63,829 bases of DNA from the NCBI GenBank assembly GCA_001803565.1, contig MHDQ01000207.1, positions 1-63,829 of the forward strand. The letters run 5' to 3'. The position numbers and the translations under genes are program-made. Under the pieces are notes generated by a model. It had not been told where the DNA came from, did no database searches, and saw only the letters and a program-made list of their open reading frames with translations. Source of the DNA: Nitrospinae bacterium RIFCSPLOWO2_12_FULL_45_22. Lineage in GTDB: Bacteria; 2-12-FULL-45-22. This document shows positions 1 to 9,862 of the stretch, piece by piece; the stretch's first letter is position 1, and every line of letters starts with the position of its first letter.

Positions 1-155
1 CTTTGTGGCTTTTTGGCTTGTCTTAACATAGATATCACTACCTTCATTTAATTATGTGTTTGTAGGATACAATGTGGTTATATGCTATATTATTAACGAT
101 TCACGATCTATAGCCTAAAGCCGGGTGAAAGGGTCTTGCTTTATAAGGGACTAAG

Positions 156-2303
156 ATGTTGAAGGAAGAGAATAAATTGCAGACCTATATATTTTCGCTG
201 GAGGGATTAGACTGTCCGGATTGTGCTGCTAAGATAGAGAAAATAGTATCTCAAATCCGGGGGGTTGAACAGGCCAGGGTCAATTTTGTCACCTCTACTA
301 TAGAATTAGAAGCAGTGGAGTGCAAGGGACTGGAGCAGGAGATAGCTCATCAGATAAGACGTCTGGGCTATGGAATAAAGTTAGAAGGCGGACTGACAAG
401 GCAAGAAAGCCTAAAAAAGGCCCGCTGGAGGACAGATAAAAGGGTTCTCTTGACTATTCTTTCTGGCGTTTTGCTGGTTTTAGGCTTCTTTTTCTCTTTC
501 TTGCCCGACCCGTTTTCTTACTTGACTATTCCTTTTTATTTGATGGCAATTATTTTTAGCGGCTATCATATCGCCTGGAAAGGGCTATATGCTACATATA
601 ACATCACTTTGGATATGAATTTCTTGATGAGCATAGCAGTAGTAGGGGCTATTATTATTGGTGAATGGTTAGAAGGGGCCTTAGTAATCTTCCTTTTCTC
701 CCTCGCTCAGGTACTGGAAAGCGCCAGTATGGATCGGGCTCGAAAGGCTATCCAGTCATTGATGGAACTCTCCCCTCTGGAGGCTTTAGTAAGGCGGGGA
801 GGGCGGGAAGAGCGGGTAGCAGTAGATGAAGTATCAGTAGGCGAGACCATTATTATCAAACCGGGAGAAAAGATACCCTTAGATGGTCGGGTTATTAAGG
901 GCTCATCCAGCGTAAACCAGGCACCTATCACCGGAGAGTCTCTGCCGGCAGAAAAAGAGGTTGGCTCAGAAGTCTATGCTGGCACTATAAACCAATGGGG
1001 CTCATTAGAGGTAGAGGCTACGCATCGGGCGCAAGACAGTACCCTGGCCCGTATCATACATATGGTAGAAGAGGCTCAGGCACAAAAAGCCCCAACGCAA
1101 AATTTTGTCGATACCTTTGCCCGATATTATACCCCGGGTGTGATCCTGTTTGCCCTCTTGATTTTTTTGCTTCCGCCTATATTCTATGACCAGCCTTTCA
1201 AAGAATGGTTCTATCGGGCCTTAGTCTTGCTGGTCATATCCTGTCCCTGTGCCTTAGTTATCTCTACCCCGGTGACTATTATCTCTGGTCTAACCAAGGC
1301 CGCCCGCCACGGTGTCTTGATCAAAGGTGGGGTATATTTAGAAACAGTCGGCAAACTGAAAGTAATAGCCCTGGACAAGACTGGTACTTTGACTAAAGGA
1401 AGACCCGAGGTTGCTGACGTTATTCCTCTAAACTCCGAGACTGAGATAGATATTTTGCGTATAGCAGCCCAGTTAGAGTTAAGATCAGAGCATCAACTGG
1501 CAGTAGCTATCCTTAAAAAGGCATCTGAAGAAGGCATTACCTTTACCGGTAGCGATGGTTACCGGGCCTTACCGGGTAGGGGTGCCCAGGCCGTTATTGA
1601 GGGAAAAACTTACTACATAGGAAACCACCGGCTATTTGAGGAGGTGGGCCTCTGCTATCCCCGGTTAGATGAACAGTTAGGGCTACTAGAGGCCCAGGGA
1701 AAAACTGCGGTTCTGTTGGGGGATAGTGAGAGGATTATCGGTATAATTACTCTCGCTGATACACTAAGAGACCAGGGCTATGAGGCTATAAAAAGACTGA
1801 AGCAAATCGGGATCGAGAAGACCCTGATCCTTTCTGGAGACAATCTGGGCACCACCAAAACTATAGCAGAAAAGCTGGGGATTGATGAGTACCGGGCAGA
1901 GCTGCTCCCCCAGGATAAAGTAAGGGTAGTGCAAGAGCTAAAGGAGAAATATTCCTGGGTAGGCATGGTAGGTGATGGGGTAAATGATGCACCGGCTTTA
2001 GCGGCTGCTAATGTAGGTATTGCTATGGGTACGGCTGGTAGTGACACCGCCCTGGAAACAGCCGATATAGCCCTAATGGCCGATGACCTAACCAAACTCC
2101 CTTTTGCTATGGCATTAAGTCATAAAACATTAAGGATTATTAAACAGAATATTGCCTTTTCGTTATTGCTTAAAGGGATGTTTTTAGTCCTGGCTTTTCC
2201 CGGCTGGACAACCCTCTGGATGGCTGTAGGGGCTGATATGGGGGCCTCTCTGGCTGTTATCTTTAACGGATTGCGGCTATTGCAGTCAGGAGAAGAATTA
2301 TGA
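156..2303 (+). CDS. Heavy-metal P1B-type ATPase, Zn/Cd/Pb (ZntA/CadA-like) efflux pump
   Basis: 715-aa ORF. N-terminal HMA domain with CPDC. TM motif SCPCALVISTP, DKTGTLT phosphorylation site, GDGVNDAPAL hinge, acidic residue in last TM (GADMGAS). Confidence 0.9.
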   Translation: MLKEENKLQTYIFSLEGLDCPDCAAKIEKIVSQIRGVEQARVNFVTSTIELEAVECKGLEQEIAHQIRRLGYGIKLEGGLTRQESLKKARWRTDKRVLLTILSGVLLVLGFFFSFLPDPFSYLTIPFYLMAIIFSGYHIAWKGLYATYNITLDMNFLMSIAVVGAIIIGEWLEGALVIFLFSLAQVLESASMDRARKAIQSLMELSPLEALVRRGGREERVAVDEVSVGETIIIKPGEKIPLDGRVIKGSSSVNQAPITGESLPAEKEVGSEVYAGTINQWGSLEVEATHRAQDSTLARIIHMVEEAQAQKAPTQNFVDTFARYYTPGVILFALLIFLLPPIFYDQPFKEWFYRALVLLVISCPCALVISTPVTIISGLTKAARHGVLIKGGVYLETVGKLKVIALDKTGTLTKGRPEVADVIPLNSETEIDILRIAAQLELRSEHQLAVAILKKASEEGITFTGSDGYRALPGRGAQAVIEGKTYYIGNHRLFEEVGLCYPRLDEQLGLLEAQGKTAVLLGDSERIIGIITLADTLRDQGYEAIKRLKQIGIEKTLILSGDNLGTTKTIAEKLGIDEYRAELLPQDKVRVVQELKEKYSWVGMVGDGVNDAPALAAANVGIAMGTAGSDTALETADIALMADDLTKLPFAMALSHKTLRIIKQNIAFSLLLKGMFLVLAFPGWTTLWMAVGADMGASLAVIFNGLRLLQSGEEL

Positions 2304-3016
2304 AAATACTTTTGTTTTCGCTCTTAGCAGCTTTATTTACGGTAGCGGGCGGGGGATTGCCATTGCTGAAGAAGAATTTAGGTCCCCGAGGGCTTTCTTT
2401 GCTGGTGGCATTTTCAGCAGGTGTGCTTCTGTCTGCTGGTATTAACCATATGATAGCTGAAAGTTACGAAGTGATAGGGAAATGGTCTTTGCTGTCGGTG
2501 AGCCTTGGATTTATCATTGTCTATCTATTAGAAAAGGGTAGCATGATCCATAGCTGTCGGGAGGTGGGTTGCGAAGTCCACTATATCGGCGGGTTTGCTT
2601 TGCTAGGGATAGGCTTTCATAACCTTTTGGATGGGATAGCTATTGCCGTTAGTATGGAGCTCCGCTTTGCCTTAGGGGCCGTAGTAGTAATGGCAGTCTT
2701 GTTACACAGCTTCCCTACCGGTATATCCATCTCGTCTATTATGCTGGCTAATGGTTATAGCCTATCTAGATCATGGTCTATTTTGGGCCTCCTGGGAGGA
2801 ATCATGGTTTTTGGAACCCTGCTGGGCCTACAGATACCTCCCCATGCGGAGAATTTACTTGGGATGGGAATAGGCATGTCGGCTGGCACCTTTCTCTATA
2901 TTGCCTCGGCAGATTTACTACCCCTCGCCCATCAGAATAACCAGGATTATGCCGTGCCGGCCTCTTTCCTATTCGGTTTCATCACTATTCTCCTTACGGC
3001 TCACTTACTCCATTAG
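2300..3016 (+). CDS. ZIP-family (ZupT-like) divalent metal permease
   Basis: 238-aa polytopic ORF. His-containing TM motifs HNLLDGIAIA and LHSFPTGISI are typical of ZIP transporters. ATGA start/stop overlap with the ATPase gene. Confidence 0.75.
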   Translation: MKILLFSLLAALFTVAGGGLPLLKKNLGPRGLSLLVAFSAGVLLSAGINHMIAESYEVIGKWSLLSVSLGFIIVYLLEKGSMIHSCREVGCEVHYIGGFALLGIGFHNLLDGIAIAVSMELRFALGAVVVMAVLLHSFPTGISISSIMLANGYSLSRSWSILGLLGGIMVFGTLLGLQIPPHAENLLGMGIGMSAGTFLYIASADLLPLAHQNNQDYAVPASFLFGFITILLTAHLLH

Positions 3017-3024
3017 TAAAAATA

Positions 3025-3090
3025 GTAAGGCGTAAAGATTAAAGCTAAGGTAATTAGTCCCTTAGTTTTACGCTTTAAGCCTTACGCTTT
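3025..3090 (+). repeat. Family-1 palindromic intergenic element, copy A
   Basis: GTAAGGCGTAAAG...CTAAGGTAATTAGTCCCTTAG...CTTTAAGCCTTACGCTTT. Central CTAAGG/CCCTTAG hairpin flanked by TAAAGCG/CGCTTTA arms. Four further copies occur in the window. Confidence 0.85.
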
Positions 3091-3100
3091 CTGTTAGGAT

Positions 3101-3379
3101 ATGGGAGCAAGCAGGGTAAAGATTATTGTTAATGGGTTAGTACAAGGGGTCTATTTCCGCTCTACTACCCGGCAGCAGGCCCGACAATTGGGTATAACTG
3201 GCTGGGTCAAGAACCGCTGGGACGGCTCAGTGGAGATATTAGCAGAAGGTGATAGAGAAAAGCTGGAACGATTAATAGCCTGGTGCTACAAAGGACCTTC
3301 CGGGGCTGTGGTAGAGAAAGTCAACGTAGAATGGGAGCCTTTCCTGGACGAATTTCAAGATTTTACTATCGCCTATTGA
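3101..3379 (+). CDS. acyP: Acylphosphatase
   Basis: 92 aa. Signature VNGLVQGVYFR and GWVKNRWDGSVE. Confidence 0.9.
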   Translation: MGASRVKIIVNGLVQGVYFRSTTRQQARQLGITGWVKNRWDGSVEILAEGDREKLERLIAWCYKGPSGAVVEKVNVEWEPFLDEFQDFTIAY

Positions 3380-3452
3380 TGAAAAATGAAAATTCCTATG
3401 CGGTCAAGTTATTCAAATAGTTGGGAAATTAGCGGTGCGCTAAGGATAGGTT

Positions 3453-3989
3453 GTGGGCAAGATTATAGTACCTCCCCCAGTTAAATTGATCAGCGGGTTA
3501 ATCTCTAGCAACCTGGATTTGATGGAAAGGGCAAAAGAATTATTACAGCGCGAATATGGAGCGCTGGAGCTCGCAAGCCCCCTTTTCCCTTTCGACGTTA
3601 CCAAATACTACGAGCGGGAGATGGGTCCGGGATTGTTACGACAATATATATGCTTCCACCCTCTTATCTGGCGAGAAAGACTGCCAGAGATAAAATTATT
3701 GACTAATGACTTAGAAAGTTCCTTTACTAACCCCAGTGGTGGCCGTGAGATAAATATTGATCCCGGGTATTTGACCCTGGAAAACTTGATCCTGGCTACT
3801 ACTAAAAAGGCCAGCCACCGCCCTTATCTGCGAGACGGCATCTATGCTGAATTGACTTACCGTTTTATTAAAGGCTCTTTTCGGGAGCTGGAGTGGACTT
3901 ATCCGGATTATCGCCAGCCTCAAAGTATCGAATTCTTTAATCAGGCGCGAGAAGGGTACCGGCAACAACTGGCAGAGGATAAACAGTGA
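3453..3989 (+). CDS. Conserved hypothetical protein (DUF4416-like)
   Basis: 178-aa ORF with GTG start and no antisense competitor of comparable quality. The family assignment is from memory of DUF4416-type sequences and is tentative. Confidence 0.6.
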   Translation: MGKIIVPPPVKLISGLISSNLDLMERAKELLQREYGALELASPLFPFDVTKYYEREMGPGLLRQYICFHPLIWRERLPEIKLLTNDLESSFTNPSGGREINIDPGYLTLENLILATTKKASHRPYLRDGIYAELTYRFIKGSFRELEWTYPDYRQPQSIEFFNQAREGYRQQLAEDKQ

Positions 3990-4053
3990 AGGGTGAGCCC
4001 TAATGGGAATAATCAATTATTAGTTATCTTGTATGCTAACCAGGAACTGTTTT

Positions 4054-5403
4054 TCAAGTAGCTCGTCTTTGTACCCACCAGTACTTTTGCGTAGAATAGC
4101 ATAGCTTAGTTAGCAAAGGCGGACTGAGGGCCTTGCGGGTAGTCTGCCAATAGGGGACTTCACCAGTAAACATCTCCCAGAGTATTTCAGATAATGGTTT
4201 CTCTCCCGCCATTTTTTCTTCTTGCTCTTCTTTAAGCAAGGCCATAAGGGGGTGAGTGAAGACTTTTCTGGTAAAGACATATTCAAACATCTTAAAAAGA
4301 AATTTTCCATACATATTATCCCAAACAAATTTTTGCCTGCTCCTCTTATCAAACCCTTTATGGAATGCCTTTGCGGAAATCCCCCTATGCAGGGCTGTTT
4401 CAGCGGCAAAATAAGCCGTGTCAAAGGCTGACTCGATGCCGTTCTTTAAATACCGGGAATAACTAGCATCGCCCAGGATAACAAGTTGGTTAGTAAAAGG
4501 TCTCTTAGCCGGGGTGATAGGTATCTGTGGGTGGCAGTGGCAAGTAGTTTCCCAGGATGGGGGTAAGAATGGGCTTATCTTTGAGTTTCTTAAGATATCT
4601 TCTAAAGTCCTGATCTTTATATAAGGGCCAATGGCCGATACGGTAATATATTCCCCTTTTGGGGTAACAGCTAGGTAATGAGTATTATTAGAATAGATAG
4701 GGAAAATATGAATCATATCTCGGAATCTTTCTTTGATATAATCCTTACCCAGTCTTATCTCACTCTGACAGGTATGCCAGGTCATAGGGGGTTGGTAACC
4801 AAAAGTAAATTTATTCAGCAAGGCAGAATTAACCCCGAAGGCCCCGGCTAATAAGTCTGCCTCGTATATTTGCGCTGAGCCAGAACCCTTTAGCCTGAAC
4901 CATACCCTGGGTTTCTGATCATCGGTCAATTGGATATTGACAACCTCCCCTTCCTGAAATTTAGCCCCTTGCTTCAAGGCATAGTCCAGGATGAATTGAT
5001 CAAAGCTGATATCTTGATCTTCGCCGGCTTCCTGGCCCTGCCTCGGACCACCCCCCCGAAATACCCCATAAATCTTGGCTTCTCCTCCACCTTTTAGATC
5101 CACCCAATCATCTTGGGCATGGAAGGTAAAACCCTGGATATCATGCCGGATAACCTGGGATGTCAGTGGTACACCCAAATCTCTAAGGCGATTTGCTAAG
5201 CGGTTCCCTATAGTACCGGCACACATATTGCACCCTTTCGGTCCAGCAAAGCGAAAATTCTTATGGTCAAAGATTATCACTTCCAGGGGGTTACCCGTTG
5301 CCTTCGCCATCTGTAAAATAAAGATGGCAAAGAAACTACCGGCTGGCCCTCCGCCCAAAACGATTATTCTTGATATGTCCTGGGGCTTTTTCACCGGATC
5401 CAT
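4054..5403 (-). CDS. FAD/NAD(P)-binding oxidoreductase (geranylgeranyl-reductase/halogenase-like fold), specificity unknown
   Basis: 449 aa. N-terminal dinucleotide-binding motif VLGGGPAGSFFA. The rest is not recognised beyond the flavoprotein fold. Confidence 0.7.
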   Translation of the reverse strand: MDPVKKPQDISRIIVLGGGPAGSFFAIFILQMAKATGNPLEVIIFDHKNFRFAGPKGCNMCAGTIGNRLANRLRDLGVPLTSQVIRHDIQGFTFHAQDDWVDLKGGGEAKIYGVFRGGGPRQGQEAGEDQDISFDQFILDYALKQGAKFQEGEVVNIQLTDDQKPRVWFRLKGSGSAQIYEADLLAGAFGVNSALLNKFTFGYQPPMTWHTCQSEIRLGKDYIKERFRDMIHIFPIYSNNTHYLAVTPKGEYITVSAIGPYIKIRTLEDILRNSKISPFLPPSWETTCHCHPQIPITPAKRPFTNQLVILGDASYSRYLKNGIESAFDTAYFAAETALHRGISAKAFHKGFDKRSRQKFVWDNMYGKFLFKMFEYVFTRKVFTHPLMALLKEEQEEKMAGEKPLSEILWEMFTGEVPYWQTTRKALSPPLLTKLCYSTQKYWWVQRRAT

Positions 5404-5448
5404 ATTCCTTGAAACCTCTAGTTAATTAGGATATGGCTATCTCCAGCT

Positions 5449-6408
5449 TTATGACAAAGCTAGATATGCGGCGCCTAAAATAGCCGCCTCATCTCCCAGG
5501 GTTGCTTGAAGGAGCTTTACCCTCTGGGTAGGCAGACGTAAAGCCCTCGTTTCAACTTCCTTTTTCGCCTCGGGCATAAACAAGGACCAGGCCTGGGCAA
5601 TCCCACCACCCAGGATAATAGCTTCCGGGTTAAAGATATTTATTAAATTAGAGAGTCCTATCCCTAATACTCTGCCTAACTCTGCCCATATTTGCCTGGA
5701 AAAATGGTCTCCTTGCAAGGCTGTCTGATAGAGCAGTTCCGGGGTTACTTTTTCTGGCTTTGAGCCTACTAGCTCCCACAGCCTGGTTTCTATCCTTTGC
5801 TCAAAAGCCTCTCTTGCTATCCTACTAAGGGCTACGGCAGAGACATATGCCTCCAGACATCCCTGGTTGCCACAGAGGCATCTCTCTCCATCAGGATATA
5901 TAACCATATGACCAATCTCGGCTGCAGTACCATCCTCTCCCCGCCATAGCTCTCTATTAAAGATTATTCCACCACCTAAGCCAGTACCAATAGTAAGGCA
6001 GATAAATGAATTGATCTCCCTTCCTGCCCCTAACCACATCTCCCCTAAGGCATAGGCATTGGCATCGTTCTCTACTAAGATAGGGATATTTAGAGGATAG
6101 AAGGCCTGCTTTAACTCTTCTCTGATAGGAAAATCTATGCAGCCAGGGAAATTAGGGGCTTGAGTGATGATCCCGTCGTGGGCATTGATGACCCCAGCAA
6201 TACCTAAGGCCACCGCTGCAATGTCATAGCCTTCTGATAACTCTTTCACCAGACCAGCCAGGTTTTTTACTACCAGGGGCATACCCAGGTGGGCTTCCGT
6301 AGGCTTCCATTGCCGATGTAAAAGAACTCCTTGATGGTTTACCACTGCGGCCTTAAGGTTGGTAGCGCCGCAATCTATGGCAATAACCCCCGCTCCCCTT
6401 TCTCCCAT
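5449..6408 (-). CDS. glk: ROK-family glucokinase
   Basis: 319 aa. N-terminal ATPase motif IDCGATNLK and ROK zinc motif CLCGNQGCLEAY. Adjacent to glgA. Confidence 0.8.
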   Translation of the reverse strand: MGERGAGVIAIDCGATNLKAAVVNHQGVLLHRQWKPTEAHLGMPLVVKNLAGLVKELSEGYDIAAVALGIAGVINAHDGIITQAPNFPGCIDFPIREELKQAFYPLNIPILVENDANAYALGEMWLGAGREINSFICLTIGTGLGGGIIFNRELWRGEDGTAAEIGHMVIYPDGERCLCGNQGCLEAYVSAVALSRIAREAFEQRIETRLWELVGSKPEKVTPELLYQTALQGDHFSRQIWAELGRVLGIGLSNLINIFNPEAIILGGGIAQAWSLFMPEAKKEVETRALRLPTQRVKLLQATLGDEAAILGAAYLALS

Positions 6409-6410
6409 CT

Positions 6411-7877
6411 TTAAGAAAACCGCTCCAGGCCCTCAAGATATAATTCTTGATATCGTTTTGCTGAGTTTTTCCAGGAAAAATCCTGGGCCATAGTATTAGC
6501 CAGCAGCTTTCTCCAGAGTTTCTTATCCTGGTATATAGATATAGCCTCTCTAATCTTGGTTACCAGGGGTTCAACGGCGTATTGAGCAAATTTAAAGCCG
6601 GTACCACGACCAGTTACTGGATCAAAATCCTCTACAGTATCGTCTAACCCACCGGTGGCCCTTGCAATGGGTATGGTGCCATATTTCATACTATATATTT
6701 GATTAAGTCCACACGGCTCATAGCGGGAGGGCATAAGGAAAAAATCGGCCCCAGCTTCAATCTTATGGGCAAGGGCATTATTAAATTCTAGCTTTATAAT
6801 GGCCTTACCAGGAAAACGCCTCCCTATTGCCTGGAATAGGGTATGGTATCTTTCTTCACCCGTACCGAGGAGCACAAAACCTACGTCCAATACCATTATC
6901 TGATCCATAGCCTGGGTCAGGAGATCGAACCCTTTCTGGTCAGCCAGCCGAGAAATCATAGCCAGGATGGGGGAATTCTTGTTGATCTTCAGACCGGATA
7001 TGGCGATAAGGTCATCTTTACACTTTTTCTTACCCGAAATACGCCGCCGGTCATAATTGGCTACAATGAATCGGTCTCTAGCTGGGTTCCACTCATCATA
7101 GTCCACACCATTAATGATGCCATAAAGGTCTTTGCTGCGGTCCTGTAGTACCCCTTCCAGGCCATAGCCATATTCTGGTGTTCGGATCTCCTGGCTATAT
7201 TTGGAGCTGACGGTGCTAATGATATCCGAGAAGAGGATGCCCCCCTTCATGAGATTAATATTACCCCAATATTCTAACCCCTGGATAGAAAATAGCTCTG
7301 ATGGTAACCCTGTGAGCGAGAAGTTCTCAGCCGGGAATATCCCTTGATAAGCCAGATTATGGATGGTATAAAAAGACAGGATATGACGAAAGAAAGGGTC
7401 TTGTCTGAAAATAGTCTTGAGATATACGGGTATTAAAGCGGTCTGCCAATCATGGCAATGGATCACATGCGGTTGAAAGTCTATTGCCTTTAAGAGTTCT
7501 GGAACAGCACGGCAAAAAAATATAAATCGCTGGGCATTGTCCGGGTAATCACCCTGCGGAGTGCTATAGAGATATTCGCGATCATAATAGCGATCGTTCT
7601 GCAACAAATAGACCCGGATATCCTCAGGTGCCTGCAAGGTAAAGACTGTCGCTGGGCCAGCATCCCAGGGTAATGGCACAGATAAGCGGGGTATTAGTTC
7701 CTGGTAAATAAATTCCCCCCGCTTTACGGCCTGGTAAAGGGGTAGCACTATTCGGACATCATGGCCTAATGAGGCCAAGGCCATGGGCAAGGTTCCAGCT
7801 ACATCAGCTAACCCGCCCGTCTTAGCATAAGGGGTTGCCTCGGGCGAGACAAATAAAATCTTTAATTTTTTTATCAT
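6411..7877 (-). CDS. glgA: Glycogen synthase (GT5)
   Basis: KILFVSPEATPYAKTGGLADV motif near the N-terminus. The ORF-track start at 7949 is probably an extension: ATG at 7877 has an AAGAGGA RBS and gives the canonical N-terminus. Confidence 0.9.
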   Translation of the reverse strand: MIKKLKILFVSPEATPYAKTGGLADVAGTLPMALASLGHDVRIVLPLYQAVKRGEFIYQELIPRLSVPLPWDAGPATVFTLQAPEDIRVYLLQNDRYYDREYLYSTPQGDYPDNAQRFIFFCRAVPELLKAIDFQPHVIHCHDWQTALIPVYLKTIFRQDPFFRHILSFYTIHNLAYQGIFPAENFSLTGLPSELFSIQGLEYWGNINLMKGGILFSDIISTVSSKYSQEIRTPEYGYGLEGVLQDRSKDLYGIINGVDYDEWNPARDRFIVANYDRRRISGKKKCKDDLIAISGLKINKNSPILAMISRLADQKGFDLLTQAMDQIMVLDVGFVLLGTGEERYHTLFQAIGRRFPGKAIIKLEFNNALAHKIEAGADFFLMPSRYEPCGLNQIYSMKYGTIPIARATGGLDDTVEDFDPVTGRGTGFKFAQYAVEPLVTKIREAISIYQDKKLWRKLLANTMAQDFSWKNSAKRYQELYLEGLERFS

Positions 7878-8076
7878 GTTCCTCTTTTTTAACCTTAAAC
7901 TGAATGCACCATAAAGGGGGGTATTTACACGACACCCCGTGCCTCTCAACTCCTATTTATCAAACTATAACCGGGCTGTCAAGTAAATATCTGACCTATT
8001 GGGTTTGCTCATCACGCAATTAACGATATAATTTCCCATTATGCATACGGTAAAGAAGATGTTTAAGGAAGAGATT

Positions 8077-8199
8077 ATGGTATTAATCAAAGGTGTTGGG
8101 GAGATAGCTTCTGGTGTGGCTTACAGACTGTTCCTCTCTGGTCTCCTGGTGTGTATGACAGAAATCCCTACTAACCTTGATATGAAATACAACACTTTT
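8077..8199 (+). pseudogene. Possible 5' remnant of a YqeB/XdhC-type accessory gene (selenium-dependent Mo-hydroxylase system)
   Basis: MVLIKGVGEIASGVAYRLFLSGLLVCMTEIP resembles the Rossmann-like N-terminus of YqeB-family proteins. Similarity is lost after about 35 residues, and the frame then runs antisense into the FGE-domain gene. Confidence 0.25.
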
Positions 8200-9159
8200 T
8201 TATTTAGCACAGCGGAAGCCAATGAGGCCAAAACGGTGCGGTGGTTCGAAGCCAGTTCGATTAGCACACCGGGCCATGAAATCATAATCTATGTAGCAAC
8301 AACTACGTATAGCCTTATAATTACGGCCCTCATCATACCAACTGGCGGTCCATTCTACACAATTACCGGCCATATCGTAGCAACCATAAGGGCTGCGGCC
8401 CTCTGGATATTCGTATACCGGGGTTAGCATTTCTCTCCCACCCTCGGCGGTATTGCACTTCTTGGGATCAAATTCATTACCCCAGGGAAGTATCTGCCCC
8501 GCAGTACCACGGGCAGCCTTTTCCCATTCTTCATCCGTAGGGAGCCGCTTGCCGCACCACAGGGCATAGTCCCGGGCTTCATACCAGCTCACCCGTACTA
8601 CCGGGCAGTCGGCCATTTCTGGTGGGAAGGTATGGCTGGGTAAAAATTCTTTAAACGCCCTATTGGTCACTTGATAGATATCAATATAGAAAGAAGGGAG
8701 ATAGACTTCCCGGCGATCATCTCTCATTAAAAAGGTGCCGGCGGGTACCAACACCATATTTTCTGGAGCAGGCTCGGTATCATTTACCGATCCATCTCCG
8801 ACAAGGACTTCTTCTCCCTGTAAGAAGGCGACTTCCTGCATCGCCTCGGTAATCTCCTGGTTTGCCCTGGCCCGGTAACAGGTGGGGCAGAGATAGGTGG
8901 TGTCAGTCATGTGGGTTTTACAAATAGCTGACTCCCAGCAACTTTTGCAATGGAAGGTATCCTGAAAGTCGTTATATTGGCCACATATTGGGCAATACAC
9001 CCCATTAGGTTCAATCAAACGTACTGAGTGGCCTTTATTTTCTGCTCGGTTGGCTTCTGAACCACAATTAAAACAGTAGTTGGCAAAGATTCTTAATGGT
9101 GCCTTACAATTAGGGCAGGGTATCATTTTGGGTTTACGCGGAGCAACAATATTGCTCAT
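8200..9159 (-). CDS. FGE/SUMF1-domain protein with N-terminal double zinc ribbon
   Basis: 319 aa. N-terminus has CPNC...CFNC and CPIC...C..C/CPTC clusters. C-terminal FGE-sulfatase fold motifs RVSWYEARDYALWCGKRLPTDEEWEKAARG and GNCVEWT. GGAG RBS. Confidence 0.8.
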   Translation of the reverse strand: MSNIVAPRKPKMIPCPNCKAPLRIFANYCFNCGSEANRAENKGHSVRLIEPNGVYCPICGQYNDFQDTFHCKSCWESAICKTHMTDTTYLCPTCYRARANQEITEAMQEVAFLQGEEVLVGDGSVNDTEPAPENMVLVPAGTFLMRDDRREVYLPSFYIDIYQVTNRAFKEFLPSHTFPPEMADCPVVRVSWYEARDYALWCGKRLPTDEEWEKAARGTAGQILPWGNEFDPKKCNTAEGGREMLTPVYEYPEGRSPYGCYDMAGNCVEWTASWYDEGRNYKAIRSCCYIDYDFMARCANRTGFEPPHRFGLIGFRCAK

Positions 9160-9177
9160 CCTCTACTCCTCTCTCAG

Positions 9178-9819
9178 TCACGATCCTAGATTAATCCCGT
9201 AGTAGTTGTCATTATTCAAGGCCATTACGAACTCTTCCTCGTCCTTAATAGTATCAGTGAAAACTGTAGCGCTGGCACCCACTTCTGGCACCTTATGAGC
9301 ATCACTACCAGCAACGGTCTTAAGCTGGAGGAACTGACTGATCTTTAATGCCAATAGCCCCTCATTTGGCTTGCTCCGGCTATTAAAAACCTCTATACCA
9401 TCTACCAGACTAAATACCCGTCTCCTAACTCCTTGCTCAACGGGCAGGCTCAACTGCCAATCACCGTATCCCCCCTGGGGATAGATGGGGGTTCGGAAGG
9501 GGTGGGCAGCGATCATCAGACCTCCTTTTTTCTCCACTATTGTCCGCAGCCGCTCTATATCTCTCATCTCTTTACTATAACTATCCAGGCCAAATACCAG
9601 GATATGGCCGTAGCCGGTATCTACCTCCATTCCGCGCAAAACTAGATACTTATGCCTTGCGGACAGTTGCTCAATCTCTTCTTTGCTCCAGATGGCATTA
9701 TGCTCCACCAGGCAGATACCATCTAATCCACGCTCTTTTGCCCGGAGGATAGCCTCGTCCGGGGCCAGAGAACTACATTTAGAATACTTATTGGTATGGA
9801 CATGCAGGTCTATTATCAT
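9178..9819 (-). CDS. PHP-domain metal-dependent phosphoesterase
   Basis: MIIDLHVHT and AGSDAH motifs. ATG at 9819 is preceded by AAGGAGGG; the track start at 9843 is a likely extension. Confidence 0.8.
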   Translation of the reverse strand: MIIDLHVHTNKYSKCSSLAPDEAILRAKERGLDGICLVEHNAIWSKEEIEQLSARHKYLVLRGMEVDTGYGHILVFGLDSYSKEMRDIERLRTIVEKKGGLMIAAHPFRTPIYPQGGYGDWQLSLPVEQGVRRRVFSLVDGIEVFNSRSKPNEGLLALKISQFLQLKTVAGSDAHKVPEVGASATVFTDTIKDEEEFVMALNNDNYYGINLGS

Positions 9820-9862
9820 AACCCTCCTTATACACCAATACACCTATTTGGTCAATAAAGTT

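Noticed and set aside
8041-8427. 128-aa + strand ORF treated as a full gene.
   Set aside because: Beyond about 8200 it is antisense to the well-supported FGE-domain gene. Only the first 50 codons or so are possibly meaningful, and these are reported separately as a low-confidence remnant.
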